The notes below the pieces were generated by a model, which saw only the letters and a list, made by a program, of their open reading frames with translations, did no database searches and was not told where the DNA came from. This document shows, one piece after another, positions 55,109-64,000 of a stretch of DNA of 64,000 nt. A program made the position numbers and the translations under genes. Every line of letters begins with the position of its first letter. The stretch's first letter is position 1. The stretch is from Promethearchaeota archaeon (GTDB lineage Archaea; Asgardarchaeota; Lokiarchaeia; Sigyniarchaeales; SOKP01): NCBI GenBank assembly GCA_048938855.1, contig JBHLLT010000004.1, positions 1 to 64,000 on the forward strand. Direction: 5' to 3'.

Positions 55109-56401
55109 TTAAAAGCGATTTATTTCTTTTTTTAAATTTCCAGCAGAATCTTGATAAAAAAGCGAATTTGGGGGTACATCCTCATTTATTAGCGTATGTG
55201 CGCCGATAACAGAATTTTCACCTATTTTTTTTCCACACATAATACTAGCATTTATACCTGTCTGAGAATTAGGACCAATTATTGCACCGAGTTTTCTTCT
55301 GCCAGAATCAACGAATTTTTCTTTAATTTTCATTTTTATAGTTTGATTATCGAATCTTAAATTTGATATTTTAGTACCTGCTCCGAGATTTACATTTTCG
55401 CATACAATAGAATCTCCTATATAATTATAATGTGGAATAGAAGAATTAGATAAAATGATAGAATTTTTTATTTCTGACATCCCTATATGACAATTATCTT
55501 CAACCGAAGTATATGGACGTAAAAATGCATTTGGCCCTATTAAATTCTTTTCTCCTATATAACATGGTCCTTGAATATAAGTACCGGATTTAACAGTAGT
55601 GTCTTTACCTATATAGACATTACCATGAATATTAACGTTTTCTTCGATCTCTCCAAATTTTTGAGTTTTGATACCATCTAAGAGAAACTTATTTGCCTCA
55701 AATAGTTGCCATGGTAATCCAATATCACTCCAAAAATAATTATGAATATTAGCACCAATAATCTTTGCACCAAACTCCTTAATTAGTATTTGCATAGAAT
55801 CAGTAAATTCATATTCATTTCTAATAGATTTTTGGGTTTTTTCAATAGCTTTAAAAATCAATGGTTTGAATAAGTATATTCCAGCATTTGCTAAATTCCC
55901 AGCATTTTGGTTTGGTAAAGGTTTTTCAATTATTTCTTCCACGAGTTCTTTAGAATTTATTTTGATAATTCCATAATCTTGTGGATTTTCTACTTCTATT
56001 AAAGTGATTAATCCCTCATATTCTTGTTCTTTGTATTTTTGTATTATAATCTTAAAGATTTCTGGATCAACAAATAAATCTCCATACATCATTAAAAAAT
56101 CTTCATCTTTAATAAAATCTCTTGCATATCCTGCTGCGTGAGCGGTTCCTAAATATTCCTCCTGAGAGATATAATCTATTTTCACATCTAGTTGGCTTAA
56201 CGCTTTCTGAAAATGGTTTTTAATTAATTCCTGTTTATATCCTACAATAAGTAGAAATTGATCAATACCTGCATTCTTAAGCCCTATGATTGTATGTTCT
56301 AAGAGTGGTTTACCTAATAATGGTATCATAGGTTTAGGTTTTAATGAGGTTATGGGTCTTAATCTCTTCCCTTCTCCGGCAGCTAATATTACGGCTTTCA
56401 T
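55109..56401 (-). CDS. glmU: Archaeal GlmU-like bifunctional sugar-1-phosphate nucleotidyltransferase/acetyltransferase
   Basis: ILAAGEGKRLRP, KPM, LGTAHA, EKP, hexapeptide repeats, SGRRKLGAIIG. Confidence 0.9.
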   Translation of the reverse strand: MKAVILAAGEGKRLRPITSLKPKPMIPLLGKPLLEHTIIGLKNAGIDQFLLIVGYKQELIKNHFQKALSQLDVKIDYISQEEYLGTAHAAGYARDFIKDEDFLMMYGDLFVDPEIFKIIIQKYKEQEYEGLITLIEVENPQDYGIIKINSKELVEEIIEKPLPNQNAGNLANAGIYLFKPLIFKAIEKTQKSIRNEYEFTDSMQILIKEFGAKIIGANIHNYFWSDIGLPWQLFEANKFLLDGIKTQKFGEIEENVNIHGNVYIGKDTTVKSGTYIQGPCYIGEKNLIGPNAFLRPYTSVEDNCHIGMSEIKNSIILSNSSIPHYNYIGDSIVCENVNLGAGTKISNLRFDNQTIKMKIKEKFVDSGRRKLGAIIGPNSQTGINASIMCGKKIGENSVIGAHTLINEDVPPNSLFYQDSAGNLKKEINRF

Positions 56402-56426
56402 GAAACTTATTTAAGAATATATTAAT

Positions 56427-57335
56427 TTAATTAATTTGGTCAAAATCTTGTACAACTTCATCAAGATAATATTTTAAATGCTTATAAGGCCTTAAATCTC
56501 CCACAAATTCTTCCCTAAAAGCGGAATCCAAAGATAATTTAGACTTAAATTGTTTAAAAATTGTTTTTACTTTATAAAAATTTCCAGTAGCAATAAAATC
56601 TACTGAATAACCATTAATATTGCCAAACAATATTATTTTTTTATTATTATTTTCTTGAACTTTTTCAGTATCTTCAATGTGAATTTCTTTAATTCTTGTT
56701 TTAGTACGAATTTGGGTATTCATTGAGATTGTAGCTAATTTAGCAGATAAATCTGAACTATATAATTCAATATTTTCAGTAGTTTTATCTCTATTTAAAT
56801 GTGTTAAAAGATCGCTATCAAAGAGTTGAGAAACAAGTGGTAGACCTTGAGTAGATATTCCGGCATATAAGATGGCATTTTGTCCGTTATTATAAGATTT
56901 TTCATAGATAATTTCTTCCTCTAATGAATCTATATACTTATCTCTCAAATAGTCTGTAATAAGTTTTATAACATCCTTAAAAGTTGGTTCCTCAGAAGAA
57001 AATTTCAACCTATCTAAATCATTATATTGAACTTGAACCTGTTTGCCAAAATCTTCTAACATTTTAAAAGTTTGTGTTGATCCAACAGCAAAATCACCAA
57101 TACTACAGAAAAATAAATTCTGACCAGCTTTAGTAACCATGTGTTCAACTATAATTCTTTCTCTCTTTAACTTTTTATGTTGTAAACCAATTTTCCTTAA
57201 TCGCCATGTATTATTGGGATTAAGAGTCCTTAAGAGCTTTTCAACAAATAACACAATCTCAAATGCATTGTATTTTTTTTCGTCTGAACAATAAAGTATA
57301 TCATTCTCCAAAATGATGCTGAAAGAAGAGATCAT
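56427..57335 (-). CDS. Hypothetical protein with two longin/roadblock-like domains
   Basis: Two units with a longin-like beta-beta-alpha-beta-beta-beta-alpha pattern (SFSII..DILY...; ILYAGISTQGLPLVS...SAKLATI...IKEIHI...IILF). Confidence 0.55.
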   Translation of the reverse strand: MISSFSIILENDILYCSDEKKYNAFEIVLFVEKLLRTLNPNNTWRLRKIGLQHKKLKRERIIVEHMVTKAGQNLFFCSIGDFAVGSTQTFKMLEDFGKQVQVQYNDLDRLKFSSEEPTFKDVIKLITDYLRDKYIDSLEEEIIYEKSYNNGQNAILYAGISTQGLPLVSQLFDSDLLTHLNRDKTTENIELYSSDLSAKLATISMNTQIRTKTRIKEIHIEDTEKVQENNNKKIILFGNINGYSVDFIATGNFYKVKTIFKQFKSKLSLDSAFREEFVGDLRPYKHLKYYLDEVVQDFDQIN

Positions 57336-57535
57336 GAGGGGGGGCTTTTAAGTAGGTAGAAGATCAATTAAACATCTCTTATTATACTAAAAATTATTTG
57401 ATATATTAAGTTTTTTTGATTTATGTTTATAAAATTTGCACAAATTCTTAAAGATTATAAAGATTAAAACTATAAGTATAAATTTTATTAGAATTGAATG
57501 CATTACAAAGTTAAATAGTATTATACATTATAGAA

Positions 57536-58342
57536 ATGAATAAATTAAAACCAAAAGAGAAAGAAGGCATTAGGAAAGCCGCGGATTTACTATTTAATTC
57601 AAATTTTGCGATTGTATTAACGGGAGCAGGGATTTCAACTGAAAGCGGCATCCCGGATTTTCGAGGTCCAGACGGTATATGGAAAAAATATAAACCTGAG
57701 ATATATGGAAGTTTTCAAGCATTCTTAACTGATCCTTCAAAATTTTGGAAAATGGCAGAAAAAATTGCTCCTACTTTATTTAATGCAAAACCGAACCCAG
57801 GTCATTATGCGATAGCAGAACTTGAAAGATTAAACATAATTAAAGCCGTTGTTACCCAAAATGTTGATGAATTACACCAAAAAGCAGGAAATGTTATTGT
57901 GTATGAAGTTCATGGAAGTATAAATAGATTTACGTGCCTAGGGTGTCGTGCAAGTTATACTAAGGAACAAATAATGCGAAAACTTAAAAAAGAGAAAAAA
58001 GGAACTCCAGGATGTAATTATTGTGGAGCTCCACTTAAACCTTCAGCAGTGTTATTTGGCGAAGCGCTTCCTAATTTTGAAAAGTATATGTCAATTGATT
58101 TAGCAAAAAAGTCTGAGGTCATGTTAATAGCAGGTTCTTCTCTCTCTGTTGCACCCATATGTGATTTACCATTATACACTCTGAGTGAAGGAGGAAAATT
58201 AATTATTGTTAATGATGAGCCTACAGATTTAGATGAAAGAGCGGAAATTGTTATTAATAATAAAACTGGTATCGTTCTACCATTAATAGTGGAAGAAATT
58301 AAGAAGATTATTATCGAAAATGAATCAAATAAAAAAAATTGA
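57536..58342 (+). CDS. cobB: NAD-dependent protein deacylase (sirtuin)
   Basis: GAGISTESGIPDFRG, TQNVDELHQKAG, HGS, CLGC/CNYC, GSSL. Confidence 0.95.
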   Translation: MNKLKPKEKEGIRKAADLLFNSNFAIVLTGAGISTESGIPDFRGPDGIWKKYKPEIYGSFQAFLTDPSKFWKMAEKIAPTLFNAKPNPGHYAIAELERLNIIKAVVTQNVDELHQKAGNVIVYEVHGSINRFTCLGCRASYTKEQIMRKLKKEKKGTPGCNYCGAPLKPSAVLFGEALPNFEKYMSIDLAKKSEVMLIAGSSLSVAPICDLPLYTLSEGGKLIIVNDEPTDLDERAEIVINNKTGIVLPLIVEEIKKIIIENESNKKN

Positions 58343-58378
58343 TTTATTGTTAATAAAAAAATTATAAGTTTTTTTCAG

Positions 58379-59968
58379 ATGAATACTGAAAACGTAATTA
58401 TTAAAGACTGGCGAAAAGTTGATTTTTCTTTTGGTTTAATTTACCCTAATGTCCAAAAACTTGGAATGTCATCATACGCCATTAGACTTCTCTATGATCT
58501 TATAAATTCCTTTGAAAATATTGCTTGTGAACGTTTTTTTATACCAGAAAATATAAAATTGAAATATCCAGCGTCCATAGATTTTTCTTCTAAGAATAAT
58601 TTGCGTTCACTTGAAAATAATATATTGCCTATAGAATTTGATATTTTAGGTTTCTCAGTACATTTTGAAAACGATTTTAAAAATATATTGTGGATATTAG
58701 AAAAGGCTGAGATTCCAATAACCTCTCAAGATCGTTTAAGTATTTCAAATGAAAGTAGCAAACAATATCCAATTATAATTGGAGGGGGTCCAGTTATTAC
58801 TTCTAATCCGATTCCTTTTAGTAAATATTTTGATATTTTATTCATTGGGGATGCAGAGGAGAGTCTTAAGTCATTTTTTAATATTTTTCACCAATATAAA
58901 AAAGGAGATTTAAAATTTGAAGAATTTTTAGGAAGACTTATATTAATTGAAGGAATTTACATTCCGGCTATTAAGAATAAGATTAATAGAGCTGTTATTA
59001 AAAATCTTGATAGTTCACCTACTCCTACTTTTCAACTGATTTCTAAATCTTCTGAAAAAAAAACTGTCTTTGAGGCTAATTTTTTCATTGAAATTAATAG
59101 AGGATGTCCTTATCAATGTAAATTCTGTATAAGTTCTTTTCATAATTCACCATTCAGAAACAGGAGTTTTGAGAATATTAAGAAAACTATTGACGATGGA
59201 ATAAAAAATTCGAATTTTGATACAATTACCCTTATAGGTTCCTGTGTATCTTCACATCCTAAATTTAAGGAGATTTGTGAATATATAGTGAATAAAAGAA
59301 AAAGATTAACACTGCCTTCCATCCGGATTGAACATTTAAATGCCGATATAATTAAAGTCTTAGAAAAGGCAAATATTAAAACTATTACACTCGCTCCAGA
59401 AGCAGGTTCTGAAAGTTTGAGATTTGGTGTTGGAAAGAGAATAACAGATGAGAAAATTATTTCTGTATTAACTCAAATTAGAAATTCTCAAATTAAAAAT
59501 GTAAAATTATACTTTTTGATAGGATTACCCGGAGAAAAGGAGGAAAATATTGCTGATATTATTAATTTATTAATATCTTTTGATAATTTAGGTTTTGAAA
59601 GAGACTCTTTAAGAGTAAATATTAATCCATTTGTACCAAAACTTAATACCCCTTATGGAAAAGAAATCTATTATTATTTGACGGAAAAATCCCATGAACT
59701 ACTAAAAAAATATCAGATATTACAAAAACAATTGAAGAATGTTAGTTCAATAAAACTCAAATTTAAAAATTTTAAATCAATCATTAAAAATGCTAGACTT
59801 CAAACAATTATATCGTTAGGAGATGAACAAATTTCTGATCTACTATTATATTATTATAATTTTGGAGCTACTTTTTCTTCACTTGAAAAAGCTGAAAAAG
59901 AATTGAATTTCTCAATTAATGATTATTTATTAAAAATTAAAGAATCTTATTCTCCGTGGATAATTTAA
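58379..59968 (+). CDS. B12-binding-domain radical SAM protein
   Basis: YPN...GMSS, GGP...NP, IEINRGCPYQCKFC, LPSIR, TLAPEAGSE, KLYFLIGLP, NPFVPK. Confidence 0.88.
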   Translation: MNTENVIIKDWRKVDFSFGLIYPNVQKLGMSSYAIRLLYDLINSFENIACERFFIPENIKLKYPASIDFSSKNNLRSLENNILPIEFDILGFSVHFENDFKNILWILEKAEIPITSQDRLSISNESSKQYPIIIGGGPVITSNPIPFSKYFDILFIGDAEESLKSFFNIFHQYKKGDLKFEEFLGRLILIEGIYIPAIKNKINRAVIKNLDSSPTPTFQLISKSSEKKTVFEANFFIEINRGCPYQCKFCISSFHNSPFRNRSFENIKKTIDDGIKNSNFDTITLIGSCVSSHPKFKEICEYIVNKRKRLTLPSIRIEHLNADIIKVLEKANIKTITLAPEAGSESLRFGVGKRITDEKIISVLTQIRNSQIKNVKLYFLIGLPGEKEENIADIINLLISFDNLGFERDSLRVNINPFVPKLNTPYGKEIYYYLTEKSHELLKKYQILQKQLKNVSSIKLKFKNFKSIIKNARLQTIISLGDEQISDLLLYYYNFGATFSSLEKAEKELNFSINDYLLKIKESYSPWII

Positions 59969-60000
59969 ATTTAAATTATGAATAAAAAAAGAAAAAGAAA

Positions 60001-60504
60001 TTATTCAATTTTTCTAAATACTTTCTTAGCTGCTCCACAGACAGGGCATTTATCAGGTAGGTTTCCTTCGTGAGTGTAACCACAAACTGGGCATATATAT
60101 ATATCCCCTTTCTCTAAATCTTTACCTTTTTCTATAGATTCAAGTGCTGCATTGTATAATTTGTGATGGACTTTTTCTACTTCATTAGCATAATTGAATG
60201 TTCTTTCTGCATCTTTATTTCCCTCAGTTTTCGCTGCTTCTAAAAATTCAGGATACATCTTTGTAAATTCATAATGCTCACCTTCTATTGCGGCTTGAAC
60301 ATTCTCTTTTGTAGATTTGATTCCTCCAAGAACTCTAAGATGATTATGAGCATGAACGGTCTCTGCAGCGGCGGCAGCTCTAAACACTTTTGCTATTTGA
60401 GGAAAGCCCTCTTTATCAGCTTTTTCAGCAAACGCTAGATATTTGCGGTTAGCTTGTGACTCTCCTGCAAACGCTTCTTTTAAACCTTCTTCTGTTTTTG
60501 ACAT
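60001..60504 (-). CDS. rbr: Rubrerythrin
   Basis: AFAGESQANRKY, ETVHA, EGEHYE, EKVH, C-terminal CPVCGY...CPVCG. Confidence 0.95.
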   Translation of the reverse strand: MSKTEEGLKEAFAGESQANRKYLAFAEKADKEGFPQIAKVFRAAAAAETVHAHNHLRVLGGIKSTKENVQAAIEGEHYEFTKMYPEFLEAAKTEGNKDAERTFNYANEVEKVHHKLYNAALESIEKGKDLEKGDIYICPVCGYTHEGNLPDKCPVCGAAKKVFRKIE

Positions 60505-60658
60505 AAATTTTCACAATATCGAAAATTATTTGATAGAATTTATTTTTAGGTATTTTTTAATTTAATTTTTATAAATCATTAATTAGATTTATAGTAAAAT
60601 ATTTCTGGATAGTTATAAAATATAAGATTGGAATAAAATATCTAAAAATTCTTTTGTT

Positions 60659-61462
60659 TTACTCTTTAGAGAGAAGATTTTTAACAGAATCTACAATACG
60701 AGTTAAGTAATGTTCCGCTACTCCAAATCTTACATGGGAGTTAAAAACTAGGATTATGAAATATTTATTCTGAACATATTCTGAAAATATAAATTTTTTA
60801 TCTTTGAATGTGTAAAAAAGTTTTAAAATAGAGTTATTGTAGATTTTAACCCTAAAATCAACCTCCTTTAGAAAATTCTTTAAATAAGCTTTGTTATAGG
60901 ATGAATATAATACTTTTCCTCTATCTGTTAAAAGAATAGCTCCATCAATAGAATCAATTAATATTAATTCTTTCATATAATTTATTATTTGTTCCTCCGT
61001 TTTTAAATTAAACTCATTACTAAAGGCATCTTCAATGGTTTCCTCAATAATTTCATTGAATACTCCATCATACACGATTTGTTTATTTATATTGATCTTT
61101 TTTTTCTGTAAATATGCAGTAAGGCGATTATCGATTTTGTTTACTGCTTCCTCTAAAAAAACTTCATTTTCAATCGTATCACATAATACATTATAATTTA
61201 AAGCACGCTTTTCGAAAATAACAAATTTTACATCTCCCATTTCTATCATCTTAAACTTCTTTCCAATCATTTCTTTTGAAAAGGACATCAAAGCTGTAAT
61301 AAATGGAGAAACTAAGTTTTTTTCTACTTGAAAATAGTCTGTAAAACTCTTACCATAAAAGCAAATACCAGATTTATTATAGATAAACAAATTGTGAATA
61401 TTTGTATTTTCATATGATCTTTTAATCATTGAAGGTAAAGATAGTCTATCTTCTATTCCCAT
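60659..61462 (-). CDS. Longin-like plus roadblock/profilin-like two-domain protein
   Basis: IHNLFIYNKSGICFY...LVSPFITALMSFSKE...IEMGDVKFVI (longin-like); IDGAILLTDRGKVLYS...YFIILVF...GVA (roadblock-like). Confidence 0.65.
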   Translation of the reverse strand: MGIEDRLSLPSMIKRSYENTNIHNLFIYNKSGICFYGKSFTDYFQVEKNLVSPFITALMSFSKEMIGKKFKMIEMGDVKFVIFEKRALNYNVLCDTIENEVFLEEAVNKIDNRLTAYLQKKKININKQIVYDGVFNEIIEETIEDAFSNEFNLKTEEQIINYMKELILIDSIDGAILLTDRGKVLYSSYNKAYLKNFLKEVDFRVKIYNNSILKLFYTFKDKKFIFSEYVQNKYFIILVFNSHVRFGVAEHYLTRIVDSVKNLLSKE

Positions 61463-61604
61463 GATATAAGATTTAAAAATAACTATAAAAAGAACAGACT
61501 TTTAGGAGCATCTACCTTTTAACATTTGTTGTTTATTTAAATAATGCTCTTTTTTCTCTATATAGTTAATAAACAAATCAATCAAACGCGTAAATATAAA
61601 AAAT

Positions 61605-61910
61605 GAAAGTGGGAGTAAGATAATCATTAAACCAAACTTTCGTTTTTTAATTAGCGCCTTTAAACCTTAATATGTAGTCAAAATCAATAGTGTTTATTTT
61701 TCCATCCAAATCAAATTCATAAAAGTGCCAGAATATGCCTTCAAAACTCCCAAAATTTTCAAGTAAGTTAAAGCTTTTTGGAATGTCGATATCTAATAGA
61801 TTACTATCATCTATGGAGTGGTTATTTGGAGAGTACCATTTATAAACAACACCTAGATTATCATGATCAGGTTTACATTTCCATTTTCCATTAAGAGAAA
61901 TTACTTTCAT
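61605..61910 (-). pseudogene. Glycoside hydrolase family 2 N-terminal fragment, pseudogene
   Basis: ISLNGKWK...IDIP.SFN...EGIFW...LRFKGAN*KTKVWFN. The TAA sits where GH2 has Tyr, and homology continues briefly past the stop. The catalytic barrel is absent. Confidence 0.8.
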
Positions 61911-62168
61911 TAAAAATTTCCTAATTTTTCGTTTAGATCAGTAATTTCCAATTCGAGATATAATATATCTTACTAAATTTATTATCAGTTTTAAAATATA
62001 CGCCAGATTTTACCTATTTTCAATAATACAAAATTTGCATTTAGAGGGTGTTTATTCATCATTTAAGATGATCTAACCTTAAAGTTTAAAAGGGAGTTTG
62101 TAGGAATAATATTTAAAATATAATTTTATTTAAAATATTTTTAAATACTTATAGGAGGAATAATAAAA

Positions 62169-62369
62169 ATGGCTAAAAAAGCAGCAGCTACAGAAGCTCT
62201 TTTTGTAAAAAGCAAAGTAAGAGAATATATTAAAAGCAAAGGATGCAACACAAGTGGAGATTTAATTGACGGTCCTGCACTTAACAATGCTATCATTAAT
62301 GTTCTCGACAAAGCTATTGGAAGAGCTAAAGCTAATAATAGGAAAACTGTACAAGAGAAGGATCTATAA
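62169..62369 (+). CDS. Histone-fold protein, short non-nucleosomal type (DUF1931/face-to-face/Bd0055-like)
   Basis: LFVKSKVREYIK..GCNTSGD...KAIGRAKANNRKTVQEKDL (RxTxxxxD L2-alpha3 motif); strong SD AGGAGG at 62153-62158. Confidence 0.88.
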   Translation: MAKKAAATEALFVKSKVREYIKSKGCNTSGDLIDGPALNNAIINVLDKAIGRAKANNRKTVQEKDL

Positions 62370-62622
62370 ACTTCTCATCCTAAGAGTTATTATTTTTTTT
62401 CATACTTTATTTTATTTTTTCTGTTGTTAAATAAAAATTACAAATTTTATACTCTTTTTATGTTTAAATTACTGAAAAGAGATGTTCTAATCACGAACAC
62501 ACAACCCACAAATAGTAAATAAAGAATAAAAATTCCAACCCAAATCGCCTTATATCTTATTCTCTTTCTCGAGAAAATGGAATTTTTTATTCTTATTTCT
62601 CTTCTTACTTATCAAATATCAT

Positions 62623-63144
62623 TTATACTTCAGCAAACTCTTTATCGATAATAAAAAATCCTATTGATAATATACTTTTTAATTTCTGAAGATCATCTTT
62701 CAATTTTTTTACTCGTTCAAATGAACCAGATACAGCAATTATTTCTAAGCATTTTTCATATTCTAGATGTACGTGCATTGTAGAAATAATGATATCATGA
62801 AAATGATGCTGTATGTCATTTTTCAAGATTTCATCTGTTTGTTGGACATTTGCATAAATAGATCTTGAACTATAATCATGATTATGTTCAGCATCGTGTA
62901 TTTTTTCATGGGAGTGTGGAGTATTAAGTTCAACATGTTCATGAGTCATTATTAAAGCAATACATCCAACTACATTTTCTGATACTACAGAGATATTTTC
63001 TTCTTGGACCATAAAAAGATACATAGCTTTCCTAATAGCATCGGATCTCGAGATTCCTAATTTATTTCTGAATTCCTCAAATTTATTATATAGATTTTGA
63101 GGAAGAGAAACTGTAAATCTTTTGTATTCTTCCATTTTAAGCAA
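62623..63144 (-). CDS. nikR: NikR-family nickel-responsive regulator with His-rich insertion
   Basis: RFTVSLP...SRSDAIR ribbon-helix-helix; IQHHFHDIIISTMHVHL...CLE Ni-binding site. Confidence 0.88.
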   Translation of the reverse strand: MLKMEEYKRFTVSLPQNLYNKFEEFRNKLGISRSDAIRKAMYLFMVQEENISVVSENVVGCIALIMTHEHVELNTPHSHEKIHDAEHNHDYSSRSIYANVQQTDEILKNDIQHHFHDIIISTMHVHLEYEKCLEIIAVSGSFERVKKLKDDLQKLKSILSIGFFIIDKEFAEV

Positions 63145-63178
63145 CCAATAATATATAAAATTAAAGTGAAATAAAAAT

Positions 63179-63913
63179 TTATTTTCTTATGAGGATAGCA
63201 ATTGGAACGCTTGCTTCTCTCCATTTTGCAATTTTTCCACTATAGGCCATATCTAACTTTACCCTACCATGGTCCCCAATAATTATCATTAATGAATTGG
63301 TTCTAAGTTGCTTATAATTACCTAGAATCCATTTATCTGTCCTGTTAATCAGTTTTTCAATTAAATCCTCTGGGGTTCGTTGTTTTAATTGTTGCTGTTG
63401 TTTATGTAAATTTTCAAAATCTAAATAATGCATCCATGATAGGTCATGAGTGTTTATAACTTTGGCTGATTCAACCCACGTACTCATATCAGATTCTTTA
63501 GCAATAGATTTTGTTCCCCCATCATATCTTTCAATATCTTTTTGCCTACCAATTAAACAAGATGTTTTACCACCACTATTTATAGCTTTTAATAAATGGA
63601 ACCCATTTGGTTCAACTTCAAATCCACCATATATTAATTGATGAAGTACACCTAGAGTATAAGGGTTTTTAGTGCTTAAAAGTAGCATAACTTCTGAGTT
63701 TGCAATCATAAATTGAGGTTTCAAATATGTGATTTCAAAAAGTCCAAAATTATCTATTAAATTTATTGTAATGCGTTCGATTCCTTCATATAATTCTAAA
63801 ATATCTGGAATTGGTTCAGGAATGGCATGATGAGGTGGATCAATATTTAGTAATTTTAGTAATGTTGCTGGTAATTGGTTAAGGTAAACCTTAAGAGTTT
63901 GCAGTTCTGACAT
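63179..63913 (-). CDS. Degenerate alkaline-phosphatase-superfamily (nucleotide pyrophosphatase-like) protein
   Basis: LPATLLKLL, NLIDNFG, MHYLDFENLH, IIIGDHG, VPI. Confidence 0.55.
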   Translation of the reverse strand: MSELQTLKVYLNQLPATLLKLLNIDPPHHAIPEPIPDILELYEGIERITINLIDNFGLFEITYLKPQFMIANSEVMLLLSTKNPYTLGVLHQLIYGGFEVEPNGFHLLKAINSGGKTSCLIGRQKDIERYDGGTKSIAKESDMSTWVESAKVINTHDLSWMHYLDFENLHKQQQQLKQRTPEDLIEKLINRTDKWILGNYKQLRTNSLMIIIGDHGRVKLDMAYSGKIAKWREASVPIAILIRK

Positions 63914-64000
63914 TTATATGCCCTAAATTTGAAAATCGAATTTATTTTTAATAATTCTTAATATTATTAAAAAGATAATATAATTATAAAATTGTTATCA

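Noticed and set aside
57338-57344. G7 tract just upstream of the tandem-longin gene as a phase-variation site
   Set aside because: It is short and outside the CDS, with no evidence of length variation from a single sequence.
62447-62605. Minus-strand open stretch downstream of nikR encoding a basic segment plus TM helix (RIRYKAIWVGIFILYLLFVGCVFVI)
   Set aside because: It has no standard start codon and no recognisable family. It may be a remnant, but I cannot support that.
877-63641. Many short ORF-track entries antisense to or nested in long genes (e.g. 4595-4933, 9332-9904, 30251-30643, 41396-41677, 48937-49227)
   Set aside because: These are shadow ORFs of well-supported genes, with no motifs or independent ribosome-binding sites.
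1-64000. CRISPR arrays, tRNA/rRNA, IS elements, integrases, DGR template/variable repeats
   Set aside because: I saw no regularly spaced repeats, GC-rich structured RNA or recombinase/RT motifs. The bzdN repeat differences are synonymous and not adenine-specific, so they are not DGR-like. Short RNAs could be missed by eye.
1-64000. Selenoprotein read-through (in-frame TGA plus SECIS)
   Set aside because: The truncated ORFs examined end in TAA (21974, 61647), and I found no TGA at a conserved Cys position.

Overview
This is an AT-rich, gene-dense archaeal window, most consistent with an Asgard archaeon of the Lokiarchaeia type. That assignment is inferred from archaeal uS15/eS1, Loki-style LRR and TPR proteins, longin/roadblock-like proteins and a ubiquitin-like protein. 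In order it contains: (1) an anaerobic aromatic-degradation cluster (bzdN 3' end, bzdO-P-Q-M-V; convergent acyl-CoA dehydrogenase/etfB/etfA), interrupted by two apparent insertions, one bracketed by a synonymously recoded duplicate of the bzdN C-terminus; (2) an accessory stretch with methyltransferases, a 76-aa ubiquitin-like protein lacking di-Gly, a 1277-aa TPR-nitrilase fusion, hydrolases, an MFS transporter, an RpoM/TFS-like gene with an apparent ATT start, and RNase III; (3) a 16-kb operon in which a LolD/MacB-type ATPase and two double-length FtsX-type permeases enclose a large Ig-repeat surface protein and a membrane-anchored subtilase with a cytoplasmic Zn-finger tail, which is the best candidate for an undescribed envelope-processing system; (4) housekeeping genes (rdgB, rps15, rps3ae, glmU-like, sirtuin, rubrerythrin, nikR), two longin/roadblock-like proteins and a short non-nucleosomal-type histone. 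I saw no rRNA, tRNA, CRISPR array, transposase or integrase. All calls come from reading motifs by eye; no database searches were run.
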